The notes under the pieces were generated by a model. It was given only the letters and a program-made list of their open reading frames with translations. It made no database searches and had not been told where the DNA came from. Made by a program: the position numbers and the translations under genes. This document shows positions 53,253 through 64,000 of a stretch of 64,000 bases of DNA, one piece after another; the first letter of the stretch is position 1, and each line of letters starts with the position of its first letter. This stretch comes from the human T2T-CHM13v2.0 reference genome, Homo sapiens, in NCBI RefSeq assembly GCF_009914755.1, contig NC_060942.1. The stretch is one strand, 5' to 3'.

Positions 53253-53834
53253 AAATGTTTTTAAAAACACTATATCTTGGGTGGTTTATTCCTTTGTTTC
53301 AGTGAATCTTTCCTAAAGCAACGTGGAGTCAGTCTGTTGAAAGAAGGAAGGCAGGTACTTGCAGTTTAAAGCAGGACCCATTGATGGAATATTGAGCCAC
53401 CGAGGCAAAATAGCTCACCTTCTCTTGCCTTGGGGGATGCATGGTTTTTACCATTCTACTGTTTTATTAGCATCTGTGAGCATCTAATAGAAATACTATT
53501 CTGCTATTTATGGAAATCCTTATTATAATTGATATGGAAGTGAGTTTGAAATTCTAACAGCTAACATATTTCATGTTTGTATCACACACTGTTCTTAACA
53601 CTTTATGTGACTTCACTCAATTCTTTGAATCCTCTGCATCTAGCCATGTATTCTGCAAATATTAAGTGCTCAATGGTTTTTTTGTTGAATTACTGAATAA
53701 ATGAATTAGTGGTGTTTGGTTTGTTTTTTTTTCTAGAGCTAGTGATAAAGGAGGATCAGCAGGGCTAGGAAGTCAATGTGGTGACAGCAACAGCAATCAA
53801 ATTAAGAGATCCAAGGAGAGTGTCAAGAGTCCAC

Positions 53835-54030
53835 ATGTTAAGTGTTCTTATCTCAGAAACAAACCACAAAGGGACACAAAGAAACTTTTGGAGGTGATGG
53901 CTATGTCTATTACCTTGATTGTGGTGATGGTTTCACAGGTATTTAAGTATGTCCAAACTCATCAAATTGTATACATTAAATAGGTACAGATTATTGTGTA
54001 TCAATTACACCTCAATAAAACTTTAAAACA
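53835..54030 (+). mobile_element. L1M 3'-end fragment
   Basis: gaaacttttggaggtgatgg..tattaccttgattgtggtgatggtttcacag...caattacacctcaataaa. Confidence 0.75.
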
Positions 54031-54779
54031 AACACATACAGATATAAATCTTGCACGCACAGATGGAAGAAATAGAGTCCACAGTGATGATCACTCCTTC
54101 TATTCACATCTCTCCCTCAGAACCTCTGTGAGTCCCATGCAATGGAAGATTGGGTGTTTCACTTGCTGAAAGATCTGTTTTCTTTACAGGATCTGTGAGT
54201 CTGGCTCTACGCTTCAAGAATAGCATTTTTGGGAAATCTGACTCTGGTGCTGAAAGTCTGTGCTCACAGGGTTGGGTTGATTTGAAGTCCATGGAAACAA
54301 CTGTCAACACTCTAGACGCACTAGAGAGAGAAATTAAGAAGTTCTCCATCAATTACAAAGGCAAATACTGACCTGAGATAATCGTGAGAGGGAACTCACA
54401 CAGTCCACTTCCCTTTGAAGGTGAGAGCCAAGGGCATGTCCAGCAGCTCCTGTCCACATCCCTTTGGGCGCTATCCCAGTGACTCACCACTTCATCTCTT
54501 AGGGGCCACATTTAGCTCTGCCCTACCTCAGCATTTCCCAAATTTATTGAATTACAAAAGCCTCCTGAGAAGTTGATTAATTCTGATTTGGCAGATGTAG
54601 AGTAGGGTCAGGTAATCTGGATGGTATTTTTAATAAGCACTTCAGGTGATGCTTACAGTCTGACCAGTTTTAACAAATGCTATTATGCTATTTCTTTGCT
54701 GCTCAAAATATGGTCCAGTGACCAACAGAATTAGCATTACCTGGACTTTGAGGATTCCCGTATATAGGACATAAAGATA

Positions 54780-54995
54780 CCCTTCCCAGAAGTTGCCATC
54801 ATCTAATCATGTGATTGATCTTTCTGGTGATCAGCCCCATTCTGAAGCTATCTAGGAACCTACAAAGAGTCACCTCATTAGCATAAAAAATATACTCTTG
54901 TCACTCAGGAAATTCCAAGGGCTTTTGAAGCTCTGTGCCAGGAGCCAGGTACAAAGACCAGAGAGACCACATATATTCTCCATTATGCTACACAA
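54780..54995. mobile_element. MER21-like LTR fragment
   Basis: ctttctggtgatcagccccattctgaagctatctagg...cacctcattagcataaa..tcactcaggaaattccaaggg. Confidence 0.55.
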
Positions 54996-55470
54996 TAATA
55001 CTTGCTTTTATATTTGCCCATGTAGTTACCTTTACTGTAGACCTTTATTTCTTCATACAGCTTCAAGTTACCATTTAGTGTCCTTTCATTTCAACTTGAG
55101 GACATCTTGTAGCATTTCTTGCAGGGCAGGTCTACTTGTAGTGAACCCCTCAGCTTTTGTTTATTGGGAATATCTCAATTTCTTCCTCACTTTTGAAGGG
55201 CAATTTTGCCAGATACAGAATTCTTGGTTGATAGGTTCTTTTCTTTCAGCACTTTAAATATGCCCACTGTTTTCTGGCTTCCATAGTTCCTGATAAATAG
55301 CCAACTGTTCATCTTACTAAGGTTCCCTTGTACATGATAGTTGATTCTTTCTTGTTGCTTTCAAGATTCTCTGTCTTTGACATTCAACAGTTTGATTACA
55401 ATGTTCTTGATGTGGACCTCACTGAATTTATTCTACCTAGAGTTCATTGTGCTTGTTGGATGTATAGAAA
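54996..55470 (-). mobile_element. Old L1M fragment
   Basis: agcatttcttgcagggcaggtcta..cttttgtttattgggaatatct..ttttgccagatacagaattcttggttga. Confidence 0.7.
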
Positions 55471-55489
55471 TAAATTTCACAGATAATTT

Positions 55490-55965
55490 TTCAGGGAGAT
55501 TGGTTAGGACATCACTGCAATAATCCAAACAAAAAGAAATAATGATAGTTTAGACTAAGGGTAGAGTAAAAGTGGTTATATTCTAAATATGTTTTGAGGG
55601 TAGAACCAACAGATTTTGTGGGTAGATTGGATGTGTGTGAGAGAAAGAGAAGAAATAAGGATGATAAAATAATTTGAGAACCCAAATAACTGGGAGAATT
55701 AAACTACTGAGAAAGAGCAGAATTTGGGTGGGTAGAATTTCAGGAGCTAATTTCTGGACTTAATACCTTCGAGATGCCTATTAAACATCCAAGTGAAAAG
55801 AGGGAGGAGTATTGGAAATCTAGGCTTGAAATTCAGAAGCAAAGTCTGAACTGGTACTACAAATCTTGACATCATCACTATGGAGATAATAAAAGAGACT
55901 GAAAAGGAATGGTCAGAAATGTAGGAATAAAATCAGGAGCTGTGGTGATGATCAACTGTGTTGAT
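55490..55965 (-). mobile_element. L2 fragment
   Basis: gaaccaacagatttt..gattggatgtg...gagatgcctattaaacatccaagtg. Confidence 0.6.
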
Positions 55966-56156
55966 GCAGCAGCTGTCACATGAGCATTGAATTGAATTGA
56001 TTTAATCATGTTCAAAGAATCTCTTTGCTATTTTCAAGCTTGAAGAACTCCTATGTTCTTAATGAAATCTTCATGAACCCTGAGTGAAAAGTCATGTTTG
56101 CTTTTCCTCTAAAAGCCTCAAGGGAGTTGAGTACTATAATAAATCCACAGAGTTGA

Positions 56157-56325
56157 TTAGACGAATGGATACCTAGAATAACGAATGCAGAGAAGTCCTT
56201 AAAAGGGCTGATGGAGCTGAAAACCAAGGCTTGAGAACTACGTGAAGAATGCAGAAGCCTCAGGAGCCGATGCGATCAACTGGAAGAAAGGGTATCAGTG
56301 ATGGAAGACGAAATGAATGAAATGA
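56157..56325 (+). mobile_element. Isolated internal L1PA ORF1 fragment (169 bp)
   Basis: Aligns to 57895-58063 of the neighbouring L1 with multiple substitutions; no poly(A) tail or TSD seen. Confidence 0.9.
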
Positions 56326-56912
56326 GCCGATTCTGATTTCCATCTCCACACACCCTCAAAAGCTAGCTCCTTTTCCTAGTTTCCACTTGGTGAGATCAAT
56401 CCACAAAGACAGTGCTGACAATCTACATATTGTTGATAGGCTTATAACAACCAAGTCAATATAGAAAATATTTCCCTATTGACTCTCTAAATAGCTTTTT
56501 AGTGAAAAGGATATATGTAATCATTATTTTTGGAAGAGGAGCCTTACTTTTATGACTTCTGCAATTTCATCTGCCTCCATTATTTTCAGAGGAAGAAAGG
56601 CTAAGTAAGCAAGAAAGTTAGGAATTAAACCCAGTCTTGATCAAGGGAGGAGCCAGGATGGCCAAATAGGAACAGCTCCGGTCTACAGCTCCCAGCGTGA
56701 GCGACGCAGAAGATGGGTGATTTCTGCATTTCCATCTGAGGTATCGGGTTCATCTCACTAGGGAGTGCCAGACAATGGGCACAGGACAGTGGGTGCAGCT
56801 CACCGTGCGCAAGCTGAAGCAGGGCAAGGCATTGCCTCACTCGGGAAGTGCAAGGGGTCAGGGAGTTCCCTTTCCTGGTCAAGGAAAGTGGGGACAGACG
56901 GCACCTGGAAAA

Positions 56913-57095
56913 TCAGGTCACTCCCACCCGAATACTGCGCTTTTCCGACGGGCTTAGGAAATGGCGCACCAGGAGATTATATCCCACACATGGCTCAGGG
57001 GGTCCTACGCCCACGGGGTCTCGCTGATTGCTAGCACAGCAGTTTGAGATCAAACTGCAAGGTGGCAGCGAGGCTGGGGGAGGGGCGCCCACCAT
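56913..57095 (-). pseudogene. L1 antisense ORF0, truncated to 60 aa
   Basis: MVGAPPPASLPPCSLIS..CCASNQRD..GVG..SEKR.IRVGVT* matches primate L1 ORF0; premature TGA. Confidence 0.8.
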
Positions 57096-57678
57096 TGTCC
57101 AGGCTCACTTAGGTAAACAAAGCAGCCAGGAAGCTCGAACTGGGTGGAGCCCACCACAGCTCAAGGAGGCCTGCCTGCCTCTGTAGGCTCCACCTCTGGG
57201 GGCAGGGCACAGACAAACAAAAAGACAGCAGTAACCTCTGCAGACTTAAATGTCCCTGTCTGACAGCTTTGAAGAGAGCAGTGGTTCTCCCAGCATGCAG
57301 CTGGAGATCTGAGAACGGGCAGACTGCCTCCTCAAGTGGGTCCCTGACCTGTGACCCCTGAGCAGCCTAAATGGGAGGCACCCCCCAGTAGGGGCAGACT
57401 GACACCTCACACGGCCAGGTATTCCTCTGAGACAAAACTTCCAGAGGAAGGATCAGACGGCAGCATTCGCAGTTCACGAAAATCCACGGTTCTGCAGACA
57501 CTGCTGCTGATACCCAGGCAAACAGGGTCTGGAGTGGACCTCTAGCAAACTCCAACAGACCTGCAGCTGAGGGTCCTGTCTGTTAGAAGGAAAACCAACA
57601 AACAGAAAGGACATCCACACCAAAAACCCATCTGTACATCACCATCATCAAAGACCAAAAGTAGATAAAACCACAAAG

Positions 57679-58696
57679 ATGGGGAAAAAACGGAGCAGAA
57701 AAACTGTAAACTCTAAAAAGCAGAGCGCCTCTCCTCCTCCAAAGGAATGCAGCTCCTCACCAGCAACGGAACAAAGCTGGACAGAGAATGACTTTGACGA
57801 ATTGAGACAAGAAGGCTTCAGACGATCAAACTACTCCGAGCTACAGGAGGAAATTCAAACCAAAGGCAAAGAAGTTGAAAACTTTGAAAAAAATTTAGAC
57901 GAAGGTATAACTAGAATAACCAATACAGAGAAGTGCTTAAAGGAGCTGATGGAGCTGAAAGCCAAGGCTCGAGAACTACATGAAGAATGCAGAAGCCTCA
58001 GGAGCCAATGGGATCAACTGGAAGAAAGGGTATCAGTGATGGAAGATTAAATGAATGAAATGAAAAGAGAAGGGAAGCTTAGAGAAAAAAGAATAAAAAG
58101 AAACGAACAAAGCCTCCAAGAAATATGGGACTATGTGAAAAGACCAAATCTGCATCTGATTGGTGTACCTGAAAGTGACAGGGAGAATGGAACCCAGTTG
58201 GAAAACACTCTGCAGGATATTATCCAGGAGAACTTCCCCAATCTAGCAAGGCAGGTCAACATTCAGATTCAGGAAATACAGAGAACGCCACAAAGATACT
58301 CCTCGAGAAGAGCAACTCCAAGACACATAATTGTCAGGTTCACCAAAGTCGAAATGAAGGAAAAAATGTTAAGGGCAGCCAGAGAGAAAGGTCGGGTTAC
58401 CCACAAAGGGAAGCCCATCAGACTAACAGCGGATCTCTCGGCAGAAACTCTACAAGCCAGAAGAGAGTGGGGGCCAATATTCAACATTCTTAAAGAAAAG
58501 AATTTTCAACCCAGAATTTCATATCCAGCCAAACTAAGCTTCATAAGTGAAGGAGAAATAAAATACTTTACAGAGAAGCAAATGCTGAGAGATTTTTGTC
58601 ACCACCAGGCCTGCCCTAAAAGAGCTCCTGAAGGAAGCACTAAACATGGAAAGGAACAACCAGTACCAGCCACTGCAAAATCATGCCAAAATGTAA
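57679..58696 (+). pseudogene. L1 ORF1p, disrupted
   Basis: MGKK... start; nonsense TAA at 58048-58050 and a +1 frameshift near 58595 (gatttttgtc). Confidence 0.92.
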
Positions 58697-58759
58697 AGAC
58701 CATCGAGACTAGGAAGAAACTGCATCAACTAACAAGCAAAATAACCAGCTAACATCATA

Positions 58760-62580
<3,821 letters not shown>

Positions 62581-63554
62581 ATAATGAGAACACATGGACA
62601 AAGGAAGGGGAACATCACACTCTGGGGACTGTTGTGGGGTGGGGGGAGGGGGGAGGGATAGCATTAGGAGATATACCTAATGCTAAATGACGAGTTAATG
62701 GGTGCAGCACACCAGCATGGCACATGTATACATATGTAACTAACCTGCACATTGCGCACATGTACCCTACAACTTAAAGTATAATAATAATAAAAAAATA
62801 AAAAATTTAAAGAAAAAGAAAAAAAAAAAAGAAAGGCTAAGTTGTAAACCTCTCCCCTGCTGTTTGATGCATAAAAATAAAGTTTAAAAAAGGCTCTGCC
62901 ACTTTATGGCAATGTGTGTTTGTTTAATCTTACTTACTGGTTGCTTTGAGAGATAAATTAAGTGAAAAGGTACATGCAAAGCACCTAGCAAGGTTCCAGA
63001 ACATGATGGAAGTTCAACAACTGTCATTTCCTTTCCCTTTTTCCTTTCTGAAGTTTATGACCCTCATTTATAAAATGAAGGTGATAGTTTTTTTGTTTTC
63101 AGAAAATTCACACAAAAGTAAATTACCTCCAAGATAAATATGAAAAAATATATCCAGCCTATTTAGGAATAAAATGACTGGATTTTAAAACACTGCTATA
63201 CCTCTTTAAAAACCTACTAAATGAGCAAAGACTTTTAATAAAGTCAGTCAATGCTAAGGAAAGTGGACTATCTGCTACCAAGAATATGCACTTGTGAAAA
63301 GATTGTGTATGGTTGGGTAGTCAGGCAGAGGGGTTGGGCAATGAAGGGAGGTAGAAGAGAGATTCCAAAACATTCATACTCTGCAACTCAATAGCACCAC
63401 ATCATGGACTTTCAAAGAAATTAAACTTGTTAGACACAAATATAAATACTTAAAAATCTGACAACAGAAAATAGTTAACTGAATCATGGTATATCTAAAC
63501 AATGCAATATTTTGCACAAATAAATATGTATGCATAGACATTAAAATGACTGTG

Positions 63555-63835
63555 AACTGGTGAGAATGTATAATGATGGAACTACTTTGGAAAATAGTCT
63601 GACGATTCCGAAAAATGTTAAGCATAGAGTTACCATATGACCCAGCAATTCTACTCCTATGAAAATGAAAATGTGTCCACACAGAAATATGTACATAAAT
63701 ATTTATACTAGCATTTATTCGTAATAACAAAAATGTGAAAACAATTCAAATGTCCATCAACTGATGAATGGATAAACAGAATTTGGTATAAACATACAAT
63801 GTAATAATTATTTGACAATAAAAAGGAATGAAATG
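63555..63835 (+). mobile_element. Old L1M 3' fragment
   Basis: actttggaaaatagt..gagttaccatatgacccagcaattctactcc..caaatgtccatcaactgatgaatggataaac. Confidence 0.8.
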
Positions 63836-64000
63836 GGCAGGGTGCGGTAGCTCATACCTGTAATCCCAGCACTTTGGGAGGCAAAGGCAGGCAGATCACT
63901 TGAGGTCAGGAGTTTGAGACCAGCCTGGCCAAACATGGCAAAACCTCGTCTCTACTAAAAATACAAAAAATTAGCTGAGTGTGGTGGCACGCATCTGTAA
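63836..64000 (+). mobile_element. AluS element (cut by window end)
   Basis: ggcagggtgcggtagctca..cctgtaatcccagcactttgggagg..gaggtcaggagtttgagaccagcctggcc. Confidence 0.92.

Larger units (their letters stand above)
49636..53272 (+). other. DTNA: DTNA terminal exon / long 3'UTR of alpha-DB1
   Basis: Acceptor ccttattcccag (ends 49635); AU-rich, repeat-poor sequence ending at ATTAAA 53247 with a downstream GU/U-rich element. Confidence 0.75.

Noticed and set aside
53696-53701. AATAAA downstream of the gene as the main poly(A) signal
   Set aside because: It sits in an L2-like tail (gctcaat...gttgaat..gaataaatgaat). It could be a minor site, but ATTAAA at 53247 has the better context.
62636-62657. 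G-quadruplex-like G-run
   Set aside because: Standard feature of every L1PA 3'UTR.

Overview
Primate (very likely human) genomic DNA containing the 3' half of DTNA (alpha-dystrobrevin) on the + strand. It was recognised by splicing GT-AG exons into a continuous frame: syntrophin-binding region, coiled coil, the alpha-DB2 terminus EEELKQGVSYVPYCRS* and the alpha-DB1 tail ending VSLQG*. The gene ends at about 53.3 kb. It is followed by old repeats, an orphan L1 ORF1 fragment and a full-length but inactivated L1PA3-like LINE-1. Introns hold Alu, MIR, L2, MaLR/ERV1 LTRs and DNA-transposon relics. The most interesting signal is a set of in-frame acceptors downstream of the last common coding exon that could give alpha-DB1 four different C-termini. 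One is a 46-aa tail with a 25-residue uncharged hydrophobic end (tail-anchor-like), hidden inside the 3'UTR at 52170-52310. The L1 also has 38 extra nt inside its target-site duplication, a candidate 5' transduction. Exon names are descriptive, and repeat subfamily calls and old-repeat boundaries are by eye and approximate.
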